From NCBI GenBank assembly GCA_951406725.2, contig OX597818.1, forward strand, positions 137,206,001-137,270,000: a stretch of DNA of 64,000 nucleotides, in the 5' to 3' direction. Below are positions 14,020 to 28,418 of the stretch, piece after piece. Position numbers and translations under genes: made by a program. A model generated the notes under the pieces. The model saw only the letters and a list, made by a program, of their open reading frames with translations, made no database searches and was not told the origin of the DNA. This stretch comes from Octopus vulgaris. Taxonomy: Eukaryota. The number at the start of each line of letters is the position of its first letter. The first letter of the stretch is position 1.

Positions 14020-14345
14020 AAGTTTAGCCAGGCTCATAGACCCGGTTTCCCGGTTTCTGTGGCGTATGTGTTCCCCCACACCTAGCTGGACGGGACGCCA
14101 GTCCATCGCAGCGTTACTCAAGAAACAGGAAAGAGAGAGTGAGAGAAAGTTGTGGCGAAAGAGTACAACAGGGGTCACCCCCTCCCCTGCCGGAGACTCG
14201 TGGAGGCAAGGCGTGATGGAGCGAAGACACCTAAAATTTAGGTGTTTTCGCTCAATAAACACACACAACACCCGGTCTGGGAATCGAAACCGCGATTCTC
14301 TGTCCGCGAGTCCGCTGCCCTAACCACTGGGCCATTGCGCCTCCG
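14020..14345 (-). mobile_element. SINE with family A head and a different 3' half
   Basis: Head and body match family A; the tail (ggactggcgtcccgtccagct...gaaaccgggtctatgagcc) differs. Confidence 0.8.
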
Positions 14346-14714
14346 AAATATGGTATATACACCCATTAACCACTCTTCCATCTTCGATTGCATCGTTGTT
14401 TACATTAGACGCACTCGAATACGAAACGTCGTGACAAGTCTGTGCTGGTAAAAAGCTTATCTCTTTAGAATATCTGCAGAGATAATCCTAACATGTAATG
14501 AGATTATACTAGGTGTATAGTATAACATACATTGATATTACGTGATTTTCATTCAGTGGGATTCTAATTCTGGTAAGTGTAATACTTGTTTAGGGGTTTC
14601 TAGTTTATAGGGGTTTTGTTGCACATGATACTGTTATGTTGGTGCTTTTGTTGTTGTTGTTAGCCCCACAACAACCCTGGTTGGTCAGACATATGAATAA
14701 AACTATTCAAAATG

Positions 14715-14898
14715 GTTGCATGGTAAAAAAATTTGCTCGCCAACCACATGGTTCCTGGTTCGTCTTTTCTGCGTGGTACCTGGGACAGATATCTACTACA
14801 GTCGCGGGCCGATCGAAACCTTTTGTGTGGATTTTGTAGACAGACCCCGTCGTATCTGCATAATATGTGTGCCTATGTGTGTGTGTATGCGTGCATAT

Positions 14899-14937
<39 letters not shown>

Positions 14938-15143
14938 TTTGCGTCTGTGTTTGTTTCCCCAACCACTTCACAACCGGTGTTGTCTAAGTCCCCGTAACTT
15001 AGAGGTTCGGCAAAAGAGATCGACAGGATATGTACCAGACTTAAAGAATGAATATTGGGGTCAATTCGTTCGGCTAATATTCTTCAAGGCAGTGCCCCAG
15101 CATGGCCGCAATCCAATAACTTAGACAAGTAAAAGATAAAAGA
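14715..15143 (+). mobile_element. SINE family B, diverged
   Basis: Colinear with 4452-4869. Confidence 0.8.
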
Positions 15144-15174
15144 TCATGCTATACATTTAGATCTATATGTTGTT

Positions 15175-15490
15175 ACTCTTTCACTCTTTTCAGTTATTTG
15201 ACTGTGGCCATGCTGGAGCACCGTATTTAGTCGAGCAAATCGACCCCAGTACATATTTTTTGTAAGCCTAGTATTTGTTTTATCGGACACTTTTGCCGAA
15301 CCGTTAAGTTACGTGGACGTAAACACACCAGCAAGGGACAAACACAGACACACAAATACACACACACACACACACACATATATACGACGGGCTTCTTTCC
15401 GTTTCCGCCTACCAAATCCACTCACAAGGCTTTGGCTGGCCAGAGGCTATAGTAGAAGTGTCACGCAGTGGGACTGAACCCGGAACCATG
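15175..15490 (-). mobile_element. SINE family B, tail-to-tail with the previous copy
   Basis: Reverse-complement match with internal deletions. Confidence 0.85.
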
Positions 15491-15550
15491 TTATTCCTAC
15501 GCCTTGGAATAAATATTGAGAATATATATTTTAAGCGTTTATTTTAAAAT

Positions 15551-16178
15551 CGGTGATTCTCAACCATTTTTTGCTTATGGCCCCTTTTAGCCCCTGTTTT
15601 ATTCGGGTTTACCCTCATAACCATTTGATGTTTAGAATATTCTATTATACTTTTATAGTTTAACTAGCAGTATCGCCCGGCGTTGCTCGGGTTTGTAAGG
15701 GAAATAACTATGTAAGCATTTTTAGAGAGTTATAGCCAAAAAATAGCAAAAAATGCATTAAAAATGGAAAAAAATGATGGTAATTTTTTTAAAAAATCGT
15801 TGACTCATCGTAGACATTTTTAGAGAGTTACTTCCCTTCTTTTAATAGCGAAAAAATGCATTAAAATGGAAAAAAATGATGGTAAATTTTTTTAAATCGT
15901 AGACTCATCGTAGACGCGCGCTAATACCCAGAAGGGCTCGATATGAATCACGACTATAAGATACCCGGTTTTGGTTAAACTGAACCGCAAAATGTGGGAG
16001 TAGTTAGGAATCTAAATCGTAGGAGACAGACACACAACTTGACTTTTATATATATAGATATTGTCAAGAAGCGTGTAAAAAATTGTTAGAATATTTTGTG
16101 TACTGTAGAAGTGTAACCAATTTATTGCTCGTAAATTTTAGCAACAAGAGTCATATACATCCCCGTTAAGAACCCCTG
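15551..16178. mobile_element. Putative hAT/Charlie-type MITE interrupted by a Helitron
   Basis: Imperfect termini cggtgattctcaac / gttaagaacccctg; 8-bp flanks tttaaaat / cttaaaac. Confidence 0.5.
15664..16058 (-). mobile_element. Non-autonomous Helitron
   Basis: On the minus strand it starts TC(tatatatataaaa) and ends with hairpin cccgagcaacgccggg followed by CTAG; inserted between A and T; internal tandem duplication. Confidence 0.8.
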
Positions 16179-16441
16179 CTTAAAACCAATACGTGTGTAA
16201 TTTGAGGGAGGTTTGGTTGGTGTTTCTAGCAAGTTGTCGTGAGCATGTAGCAGCTCACGCAGTGACTCCTACCCATAACATGAATACGTACGCATACATG
16301 CGATGCTTATGATTGTAGACGGGCTTATACACAATCGTCTCTTTGTGCATTAACACATAAACACACACCACACACAAAGGTTTGACCTTCACAACTATAC
16401 AGACATTCACATATACATACATACTTATGAACACCTAAACT

Positions 16442-16477
<36 letters not shown>

Positions 16478-16998
16478 CACACACAAACACAGCTGTCCAT
16501 GTTTCTGCACACTGCCCACTCGTTATCTCAAGTCCTGGGAATGAAAGACGAGATGGCTAAAAGTCCATCGAGCCTCTTGCACCGTTACTGTTGACTTAAT
16601 CATTATAAGGCAATTTCTTTGTCTGATATTACGGTTGGGGCATTTCCTCTTTGGTGATGGACAGAGCGTGAGCGAGCGGCTGCGTTTATTTGTGAACCTA
16701 CGTGCGTGTCCGTTTGGGATACTAAATGTATGTGTGTAAGTGTGGTGGCCCTGGAGGTGGTAGTGGTCGTGATGGTGGTGACGGTGGCGGTGGTGCTGTG
16801 GTGGTGATGTGTGTACGTGTGTGTGTGTGTGTACGCCGTGGGCATTTGCCTGTATTGCATGCGTCTGAGATGGTGTGGAGTGGACAATGTCCGTTCCTGT
16901 TTTTCTATTGGAAGCGAGTGAAGCTAAAATAAATACTGACATGCATGCACGCATATATACACACGCGTTGTACATATGTATGAGCGTACACACACACA

Positions 16999-17049
<51 letters not shown>

Positions 17050-17241
17050 ACACGCACACACATACATACACATTTACATATATACGTATGCATATATGTA
17101 TATGCAAACAAGTATATGCTTATATGTGTGTGTTTGAGTGCGTTTAGGCGCATAAACACACACACACACATACACAAGCCCACGTATATACGTATGTATG
17201 CCTATGTATACGCATGTGCGTGCGTATGTTTTTTTTACGCA

Positions 17242-17341
17242 NNNNNNNNNNNNNNNNNNNNNNNNNNNNNNNNNNNNNNNNNNNNNNNNNNNNNNNNNNN
17301 NNNNNNNNNNNNNNNNNNNNNNNNNNNNNNNNNNNNNNNNN
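17242..17341. other. Assembly gap (100 N)
   Basis: Run of exactly 100 N. Confidence 1.
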
Positions 17342-18931
17342 TGCATATAAAAGGCAGCAAAGTACAAAATAGCCTTCATAAGCATAATACTTCTTGTTAT
17401 GAAAGACAAGAGAGACAACTCTAACATTGACTAAAAATTTAAAAACTAAGATCAACATATTGTTTGGAGATGATCAGATCTTTGGTAAATGTGGTTTAAA
17501 ATATGTTACCCTCTTATTAGACAGCCTCACAACTCATTGTATTACTGGTACTCATGGAAATAACGATGATAGTATTCTATATTAATGGACACCGAATGGA
17601 TTAAAGCACACTTGTCCAGAGTGTGGTTTGAACTCAGGAGCCATGTATGCATGCATGTATGTATATATGTATATATGTTTGTATGTATGTATGTATTATG
17701 TATGTATGTATGTATGTATGTATGTATGTGTGTATGAATGTATTTATGTAAGTTTGTATGTATGCATGCATGCATGTATGTATATATGTATATATGTTTG
17801 TATGTATTATGTATTATGTATGTATGTATGTATGTATGTATGTATGTATGTATTATGTATGTATGCATGTATGTATGTATGTATGTATGTATGTATGTGT
17901 GTATGAATGTATTTATGTAAGTTTGTATGTATGCATGCATGTATGTATATATGTATGTATGTATATGTGTGTGTGTATGTATCTGTCCGTCTGTCTGTCT
18001 TTTGTCGATCCGTCCGTCTGTCTGTCGTTCTTCTATCTATCAAGATACTAACTCATGTATTTTACGCTGATCAGTTCATTAGTTGATACCCGGCAATTTA
18101 TGGACTGTAAAATGTTTTAATTGTTTTATGCCAATGCAAATTGCTTAAAACTTGTATGATTTATTATGTTCTTTTTGTTCGATGCACGGAAGATATTTAA
18201 TCGAGCATGGCGTAGCTATTATAAATGGCATCACGATACGATCGAAACAATTGTAATAGCAGTGTATGTGGCCGTGATTTAGTCCAGATAGTTCGGACAC
18301 CAATCGACAATTTCTCCACGTCCAGCTCAGCTAGCCAATATCTCATACAATTTCCTCAATTTCGTTTTCTGTTTTATTACTTAATTCTAACCTCCGAAAG
18401 CATAATTAACCAAAGACGAATCGAACCATGATAAAAAAAAAAGAAAAAGGAAAAAAAAAAAAAAAGAAAAGACAGGAGGAATTTAAAAAAAAAATGAGGA
18501 AAAAGAAGAAGAAAAAAAAAGGAAAAGTAGAAAACGTTTACGTCAGCAAATAATATACGAATGTTTCCGACATGTGAAATGTCCATTCTCTCATTTCGGA
18601 AATGACCGCTGGAAATTGTCACTTGGAACTCCTGCCTGACACAAAAACTACTTGGCGTTTGTCCTCTTCAGCGTCCACACAGCTCGCAAATAAAACTCGA
18701 AACCACATAATATAAACAGCCAATAAAAATTGCTCGAAAATGAGATTGGTGAAAGGTCAACGCTATAACTGCAATTCCCTGTAAGTGAATATTTCGTAAT
18801 TCGGTTTGTGGCACGAAATCCGGGTCTTTTCTTATTCCCTTCATTATATGGTTTCTGTGTGGACTTCAGCGTAACTGTCTGAATGTCTGTGCTTTATGCA
18901 TGCTTGTATTACACACATCGTCAATACGTAT

Positions 18932-18970
<39 letters not shown>

Positions 18971-19128
18971 GTAGTTGCTTACTACAGATTTTCATTTATT
19001 CTATCGATGATGTACACACCCATATAACCATGCTTAACTAAGCATGTATGTATCCATATATATATCTATATACGTATGTGTATGTGCGTGTGTGTATGAT
19101 TACATACACACACACATATGTATCTCTA

Positions 19129-19198
<70 letters not shown>

Positions 19199-19244
19199 CT
19201 ACACACACGTTTAATATATATTTAATATATGTATTTCTATATAC

Positions 19245-19276
<32 letters not shown>

Positions 19277-19425
19277 ACATACAATCATATACATAGATAT
19301 ATATATCCATAGGTATGTATTTATGCGTGTGTGTGTATGTATATATATATTTATATACACACGCATATATACTTATATATAAAAGCGCGTACGCACACGC
19401 ACACACATAGACACACACACTCGCT

Positions 19426-19459
<34 letters not shown>

Positions 19460-22400
19460 TTAACGCGGTCGTTTACCGAAAAGTTCTACTTGATATGATA
19501 CACATGTTTGCAGCCGACTATTTTCATGTCATGTCAGGCGGTTCCATCTGACGAAATTAACTTGTTTCCTGTAGGCTTTGGTACTACTATTATTTTGTAC
19601 CTGTTGGCTACCACAAATGTTATAATCATTTAATCTTGTAATAATTATTTAATCTTGCATTTAATAATTATTTAATCTTGCATTTAATAATTATTTAATC
19701 GTGTAATAGTTTCAGTCAATGGATAGTTGCCGTGCTTTTGCTACAGATCTTGTGTATGTCGATCGCAGTGAATTCGGTACTTATTTCAATGTAGTGGTTC
19801 TTTTCTCGATTTGTATTAATCGCATGTGGTGGCTTTGCAACCACCGTTGCGCGCCGAGGAAATAAACGAACACAAACACACATACATACACAAAAGTGTT
19901 TTGAAATTTTATTTGAACTTATAGGCATAGACGCTGCTGTGTGGCCAAGAAGGTCACATTGCAACCTCGTCGTTTCGGGTTCAGTCCCACTGAGCGACAC
20001 CTTGGGTAGATGTCTTCTACTAGAGTCCCGGGTCGACCAAAGCCTTGTGAATGAATTTGGTTGGCAGAAACTGTGTAGAAGCACTAAGGCGGCGAAGCTG
20101 ACAAGAACGTTAGCATACCGGGCGAAATGCGTAGCTGTATTTCGTCTGCCGTTACGTTCTGAGTTCAAATCCCGCCGAGGTCGACTTTACCTTTCATCCT
20201 TTCGGGGTCGATTAAATAAGTACCAGTTACGCACTGGGATCAATATAATCGACTTAATCCGTTTGTCTGTCCTTGTTTGGCCCCTCTATGTTTAGCCCCT
20301 TGTGGGTAATAAAGAAATAGGTATTTCGTCTACTGCTACGTTCCGAGTTCAAATTCCGCCGAGGTCGACTTTGCCTTTCATCCTTTCGGGGTCGATTAAA
20401 TAAGTACCAGGTAGGCACTGGGGTCGATGTAATCGACTTAAACCGTTTGTCTGTCCTTGTTTTTCCTCTCTGTGTTTAGCTCCTTGTGGGTAGTAAAGAA
20501 ATAGGTATTTCGTCTACTGCTACGTTCTTAGTTCAAATGTCGCCGAGGTCGACTTTGCCTTTCATCCTTTTGGGGTCGATTAAATAAGTACCAGTTATGC
20601 ACTGGGGTCGATGTTTGTCTGTCCTTGTTTGTCCCCTCTGTGTGTAGCCCCTTGTGGGCAGTAAATAAATAAAAGACTGTGTGGAAGCACGTCTTATATG
20701 CACAAGTGTGTGTTTGTGTTTGTAGTTTACCCTCGCTTGCTAAGAAGTGTTCATTTCTTTATATCCCTGTAGCTTAGTTATTTGGCAAAAGAATTAGATA
20801 GAATAAGTACCAGTCTTTAAAATAAATTTGTTCGTCTCAAATCCTTCAGGGCGATGTCCAAGCATGGGTGAAGTCCAACGAATGAAACAGACAAAAGATA
20901 AGGTAAAAATTGCAACTAAGCAACTTGTTTAACTGCATAAATTCGGTGGTGAGATGCAAAAAGAGTATAACCTGCGAAGGTGAACTCTTTTTGACCGCGA
21001 AACAGAGTGGGGGGAAGCACTCCGTCGGTTACGACGACGAGGTTTCCGGTTGATCCGAATCAACGGAACAACCTGCTCGTGAAATTAACGTGTAAGTGGC
21101 TGAGCACTCCACAGACACGTGTACCCTTAACGCTGTTCTCGGGGATATTCAGCGTGACACAGAGAGTGACAAGGCCGGCCCTTTGAAATACAAGGTACAA
21201 CAGAAACAGGAAGTAAGAGTGAGAGAAAGTTGTGGTGAAAGAGTACAGCAGGGATCACCACCATCCCCTGCCGGAGCCTCGTGGAGCTTTTAGGTGTTTT
21301 CGCTCAATAAACACTCACAACGCCCGGTCTGGGAATCGAAACCGCGGTCCTATGACCGCGAGTCCGCTGCCCTAACCACTGGGCCATTGCGCCTCCACTC
21401 GTGAAACAGAGTATTACTTGTAAGATTTGAATAAAATTAAGAATAATTTATATATTCTACATTTAAAATATATTAAACTTTTTACCCCCATTAATGTGCC
21501 ATCCTTTTGATCCTTTGATCAGGATTATCACCCATACTCGGACGTACACAACACGCGTAATCTTTCTCTTTCTCTCATACGCATACGTACTGTATACAGG
21601 CACATACACACACGCGCGCGTGCACACATACCCACTCATACCCATACGTATGTGTTTGAGTATTTATACGCTTAGGTTAGTTATTGTAGTCTGGGGTATA
21701 ACAAACTTCTGATATGTAGGTATTAGGGGTTGCGTGGAGGCGCAATGGCCCAGTGGTTAGGGCAGCGGTCTCGCGGTCATAGGATCGCGGTTTCGATTCC
21801 CAGACCGGGCGTTGTGAGTGTTTATTGCGCGAAAACACCTAAAAAGCTCCACGAGGCTCCGGCAGGGGATGGTGGTGATCCCTGCTGTACTCTTTCACCA
21901 CAACTTTCTCTCACTCTTACTTCCTGTTTCTGTTGTACCTGTATTTCAAAGGGCCGGCCTTGTCACTCTCTGTGTCACACTGAATATCCCCGAGAACTAC
22001 GTTAAGGGTGCACGTGTCTGTGGAGTGCTCAGCCACTTACACGTTAATTTCACGAGCAGGCTGTTCCGTTGATTCGAATCAACCGGAACCCTCATCGTCG
22101 TAACCGACGGAGTGCTTCTATTCCATTAGGGGTTGCACTACACTTGGTCGGATAATATATGTTTGGTTAAGTTAATGTAATTGAAAATATTATCAGACCC
22201 TTTATTTTTATTTAGATCAATGGAGTCTTCGCCCTTATTTAAGCAACAGGGTTGCTAACTCTGACTCGATCCGTGAAGTAGTCCGCCGGGTATTGCTTGT
22301 ATAAATAAGAAAGCTCAGCAGTAATGAGATAATTTGAGTTCAATTTCGCCAAGGTCAACTTTGCCTTTCATCCTTTCGGGGTCGATAAATTAAGTACCAG

Positions 22401-23561
22401 TGAAACACCGGGGTCGATTTAATCCATTTGTACCCTCCTCCAAAATTCCAGGCCTTGTGCCAATAGTAGAAAGGATTAACATGATTATTAATGGCTTGAA
22501 AGGACACCGTATTTCGTTATGCAATCATACTATGCTACAAACTATATTAAACGCTTTGTTAGTCAATACTGTGTTTTACTGTGCTAGCAGTGTCATAAAG
22601 GTTATCCCTACAGATATATATAGTGATGATGAAGAAGCAAGAACACCTGAAATATGGCATGAAAAAAAACGTCGCCTTTTTCAAGTTTAGCCAGGCTCAT
22701 AGACCCGGTTTCCCGGTTTCTGTGGCGTATGTGTTCCCCCACACCTAGCTGGACGGGACGCCAGTCCATCGCAGCGTTACTCAAGAAACAGGAAAGAGAG
22801 AGTGAGAGAAAGTTGTGGCGAAAGAGTACAACAGGGGTCACCCCCTCCCCTGCCGGAGACTCGTGGAGGCAAGGCGTGATGGAGCGAAGACACCTAAAAT
22901 TTAGGTGTTTTCGCTCAATAAACACACACAACACCCGGTCTGGGAATCGAAACCGCGATTCTCTGTCCGCGAGTCCGCTGCCCTAACCACTGGGCCATTG
23001 CGCCTCCGAAATATGGTATATACACCCATTAACCACTCTTCCATCTTCGATTGCATCGTTGTTTACATTAGACGCACTCGAATACGAAACGTCGTGACAA
23101 GTCTGTGCTGGTAAAAAGCTTATCTCTTTAGAATATCTGCAGAGATAATCCTAACATGTAATGAGATTATACTAGGTGTATAGTATAACATACATTGATA
23201 TTACGTGATTTTCATTCAGTGGGATTCTAATTCTGGTAAGTGTAATACTTGTTTAGGGGTTTCTAGTTTATAGGGGTTTTGTTGCACATGATACTGTTAT
23301 GTTGGTGCTTTTGTTGTTGTTGTTAGCCCCACAACAACCCTGGTTGGTCAGACATATGAATAAAACTATTCAAAATGGTTGCATGGTAAAAAAATTTGCT
23401 CGCCAACCACATGGTTCCTGGTTCGTCTTTTCTGCGTGGTACCTGGGACAGATATCTACTACAGTCGCGGGCCGATCGAAACCTTTTGTGTGGATTTTGT
23501 AGACAGACCCCGTCGTATCTGCATAATATGTGTGCCTATGTGTGTGTGTATGCGTGCATAT

Positions 23562-23600
<39 letters not shown>

Positions 23601-25104
23601 TTTGCGTCTGTGTTTGTTTCCCCAACCACTTCACAACCGGTGTTGTCTAAGTCCCCGTAACTTAGAGGTTCGGCAAAAGAGATCGACAGGATATGTACCA
23701 GACTTAAAGAATGAATATTGGGGTCAATTCGTTCGGCTAATATTCTTCAAGGCAGTGCCCCAGCATGGCCGCAATCCAATAACTTAGACAAGTAAAAGAT
23801 AAAAGATCATGCTATACATTTAGATCTATATGTTGTTACTCTTTCACTCTTTTCAGTTATTTGACTGTGGCCATGCTGGAGCACCGTATTTAGTCGAGCA
23901 AATCGACCCCAGTACATATTTTTTGTAAGCCTAGTATTTGTTTTATCGGACACTTTTGCCGAACCGTTAAGTTACGTGGACGTAAACACACCAGCAAGGG
24001 ACAAACACAGACACACAAATACACACACACACACACACACATATATACGACGGGCTTCTTTCCGTTTCCGCCTACCAAATCCACTCACAAGGCTTTGGCT
24101 GGCCAGAGGCTATAGTAGAAGTGTCACGCAGTGGGACTGAACCCGGAACCATGTTATTCCTACGCCTTGGAATAAATATTGAGAATATATATTTTAAGCG
24201 TTTATTTTAAAATCGGTGATTCTCAACCATTTTTTGCTTATGGCCCCTTTTAGCCCCTGTTTTATTCGGGTTTACCCTCATAACCATTTGATGTTTAGAA
24301 TATTCTATTATACTTTTATAGTTTAACTAGCAGTATCGCCCGGCGTTGCTCGGGTTTGTAAGGGAAATAACTATGTAAGCATTTTTAGAGAGTTATAGCC
24401 AAAAAATAGCAAAAAATGCATTAAAAATGGAAAAAAATGATGGTAATTTTTTTAAAAAATCGTTGACTCATCGTAGACATTTTTAGAGAGTTACTTCCCT
24501 TCTTTTAATAGCGAAAAAATGCATTAAAATGGAAAAAAATGATGGTAAATTTTTTTTAATCGTAGACTCATCGTAGACGCGCGCTAATACCCAGAAGGGC
24601 TCGATATGAATCACGACTATAAGATACCCGGTTTTGGTTAAACTGAACCGCAAAATGTGGGAGTAGTTAGGAATCTAAATCGTAGGAGACAGACACACAA
24701 CTTGACTTTTATATATATAGATATTGTCAAGAAGCGTGTAAAAAATTGTTAGAATATTTTGTGTACTGTAGAAGTGTAACCAATTTATTGCTCGTAAATT
24801 TTAGCAACAAGAGTCATATACATCCCCGTTAAGAACCCCTGCTTAAAACCAATACGTGTGTAATTTGAGGGAGGTTTGGTTGGTGTTTCTAGCAAGTTGT
24901 CGTGAGCATGTAGCAGCTCACGCAGTGACTCCTACCCATAACATGAATACGTACGCATACATGCGATGCTTATGATTGTAGACGGGCTTATACACAATCG
25001 TCTCTTTGTGCATTAACACATAAACACACACCACACACAAAGGTTTGACCTTCACAACTATACAGACATTCACATATACATACATACTTATGAACACCTA
25101 AACT

Positions 25105-25140
<36 letters not shown>

Positions 25141-25661
25141 CACACACAAACACAGCTGTCCATGTTTCTGCACACTGCCCACTCGTTATCTCAAGTCCTG
25201 GGAATGAAAGACGAGATGGCTAAAAGTCCATCGAGCCTCTTGCACCGTTACTGTTGACTTAATCATTATAAGGCAATTTCTTTGTCTGATATTACGGTTG
25301 GGGCATTTCCTCTTTGGTGATGGACAGAGCGTGAGCGAGCGGCTGCGTTTATTTGTGAACCTACGTGCGTGTCCGTTTGGGATACTAAATGTATGTGTGT
25401 AAGTGTGGTGGCCCTGGAGGTGGTAGTGGTCGTGATGGTGGTGACGGTGGCGGTGGTGCTGTGGTGGTGATGTGTGTACGTGTGTGTGTGTGTGTACGCC
25501 GTGGGCATTTGCCTGTATTGCATGCGTCTGAGATGGTGTGGAGTGGACAATGTCCGTTCCTGTTTTTCTATTGGAAGCGAGTGAAGCTAAAATAAATACT
25601 GACATGCATGCACGCATATATACACACGCGTTGTACATATGTATGAGCGTACACACACACA

Positions 25662-25719
<58 letters not shown>

Positions 25720-25900
25720 CATACATACACATTTACATATATACGTATGCATATATGTATATGCAAACAAGTATATGCTTATATGTGTGTGTTTGAGTGC
25801 GTTTAGGCGCATAAACACACACACACACATACACAAGCCCACGTATATACGTATGTATGCCTATGTATACGCATGTGCGTGCGTATGTTTTTTTTACGCA
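17342..25900 (+). repeat. Copy 2 of the 8.56-kb duplication (SINE C array ~20085-20675, SINE A ~21009-21399 and ~21734-22124, Helitron 24327-24721)
   Basis: Begins at the first base after the gap; differs from copy 1 by a few substitutions and microsatellite lengths. Confidence 0.97.
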
Positions 25901-26544
25901 TATACATGTGTAATATACATACATGTATATACAGTATATAAACATATATACATAGTATATATATGTATATACACTATATATACATATATACATAGTATAT
26001 ATATGTATATACAGTATATATACATATATACATAGTATATATAGGTATATACAGTATATATACATATATACATAGTATATATATTGTTTATATACATATA
26101 CACATACACAGACATAAACATCCTCACTCAACGCCTGTGTCATGCATAGGTATACAGATACCCCTGTAAAAACACACACATGCATTCACATATTTACACA
26201 CACACACACGCACACACACACACACACACAGATGTATATATCTGTATAATACGCATAAAAACACTTCATTGGGGGGTTAGATTTACCCCTCCACCCTTGT
26301 CTAGTTTCAGCCATCCCTCTTTGTTCGCTTCTTACACGTTTGTTCATTCGTCTGACAAGGAAACGCGCCGCTCGGAAGCCAAAAACCGAAGACCACTCAC
26401 ACCAGTCCAAGACCAACGGAATTATTTTTGTCCCTTTCCGTAAAGGCAATCAAAATAGGAACGCAAAACGGAACGGCGATGAAATGAAAACAAAACAAAA
26501 CGGTAAACACTAAATTTCTAATTCCAAGAACAACAAACAAAGCT

Positions 26545-26548
<4 letters not shown>

Positions 26549-26610
<62 letters not shown>

Positions 26611-26724
26611 AACCACCACCACCACCACCACCACCGCCACCACTACTTCTACTACTACTACTACTACTACTAATAATAATAATAAATAACAATAACAACA
26701 TTAGTAACAACTCCAACAGTAATG

Positions 26725-26773
<49 letters not shown>

Positions 26774-26915
26774 TACTAATAACAATAATGATAATAGTAC
26801 TACTACTACTAATAATAATAATGATAATAACAATAACAATGATGATGATACTAATAACAATAATGATAATAATAATAATAACAATAACAACAATAATAAT
26901 AAAAATAATAATAAC

Positions 26916-27001
<86 letters not shown>

Positions 27002-27013
27002 TGATGATGATGA
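26549..27013. repeat. Compound trinucleotide tract (CTA/CCA/AAT/ATG)
   Basis: Directly visible. Confidence 0.95.
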
Positions 27014-27690
27014 TGCCAATATGTAAAGATAAAAACTAAGACAAAACAAAAGAAAAAAAAAAGATAATGATGGCTGCCGCAAACAAGAATCCAATATCTG
27101 TTGGCCACGAACGGTATCAATATATTTGGTTTCCATTATTGTTTTTGGAGTGGTCAGTAAACATTGCAAAGGCTACCACTGGTCATCTCTTGATGATTGA
27201 CTGAAATCAATTTGGAATTTGCATGGCTGCAGTCATGTTCGCTTGGCTAAACAACCGAACGAGGGGAGACGTCCAGACCATTCGCCCAGACGGTTGGTTC
27301 GTTGGCGGCATGGCACAATTTAAACTTAACGTTGCAATTAGAATTTTGCTTGCTTTTTTTTTTATTTTTTTTATTTTCATTTTTTTTTTAGTTTTTTTAT
27401 TTATTTATTATTCTTTGTGTCCAGGGTCTTGCGTGATTTCACATAGTTTTATGTGCTTGCGATTACGTGTGTATGCGTGTGTGTGTGTGTATTTGTTTAT
27501 GTGTATGTGTCTGTTATGTTTTATAGCAAACCGTGTTTATGTTTAATGTTACGTCCTGTTTAATGTTACGTTTCTGTTTCTAGCGTGTTTGGTTACGTTA
27601 TTAAGTATGGCGAGGTGTATTTTACGATATTGGTGTTGTGAAGCGTATGTGAATCATTATGTACACGTATATGGCTATGTGTGTATGCGT

Positions 27691-28073
27691 GGAGGCGCAA
27701 TGGCCCAGTGGTTAGGGCAGCGGACTCGCGGTCATAGGATCGCGGTTTCGATTCCCAGACCGGGCGTTGTGAGTGTTTATTGAGCGAAAACACCTAAAAG
27801 CTCCACGAGGCTCCGGCAGGGGATGGTGGTGATCCCTGCTGTACTCTTTCACCACAACTTTCTCTCACTCTTACTTCCTGTTTCTGTTGTACCTGTATTT
27901 CAAGGGGCCGGCCTTGTCACTCTCTGTGTCACGCTGAATATCCCCGAGAACTACGTTAAGGGTACACGTGTCTGTGGAGTGCTCAGCCACTTACACGTTA
28001 ATTTCACGAGCAGGCTGTTCCGTTGATTCGGGTCAACCGGAACCTTCGTCGTCGTAACCGACGGAGTGCTTCC
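27691..28073 (+). mobile_element. SINE family A, full length
   Basis: TSD atgtgtgtatgcgt at 27677-27690 and 28074-28087. Confidence 0.94.
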
Positions 28074-28418
28074 ATGTGTGTATGCGTGTGTATGTGTATA
28101 TATGTGCATATATATATATGTCTGTGCGTATCTGCATGTCTGTCTCTTAGAATGTGTTACCGTTCAGATTATTGTATGTGGAGTATGATAATCTGTTCTA
28201 ATATATTTGCACTCTTCAGTATCTCCTGTATATCGCTCTATGCCTGCATATTGCTGTACGTGGTTATTACATAACCGCGTAAAGGCAAATGAATTGACAG
28301 AGTTGTCAGAATGTTGGACTAAGGGTCTTGCTGCATTAATTCTGTCTTTTTACATCCTGAGTTCAAATCCCAAAGAAAACCTTGTTTTTCATCCTTTCCG
28401 GATCGACAAAATAAAGTA

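Larger units (their letters stand above)
8681..17241 (+). repeat. Copy 1 of an 8.56-kb near-identical direct duplication
   Basis: Matches 17342-25900 at an offset of ~8660; ORF track repeated. Confidence 0.97.

Noticed and set aside
16523-17107. 194-aa and 218-aa His-rich ORFs (also 25186-25842)
   Set aside because: Largely (CA)n and (GGT)n derived; frame differs between the two duplicate copies; no domain recognised
17074-17458. ORFs containing runs of X
   Set aside because: They span the assembly gap
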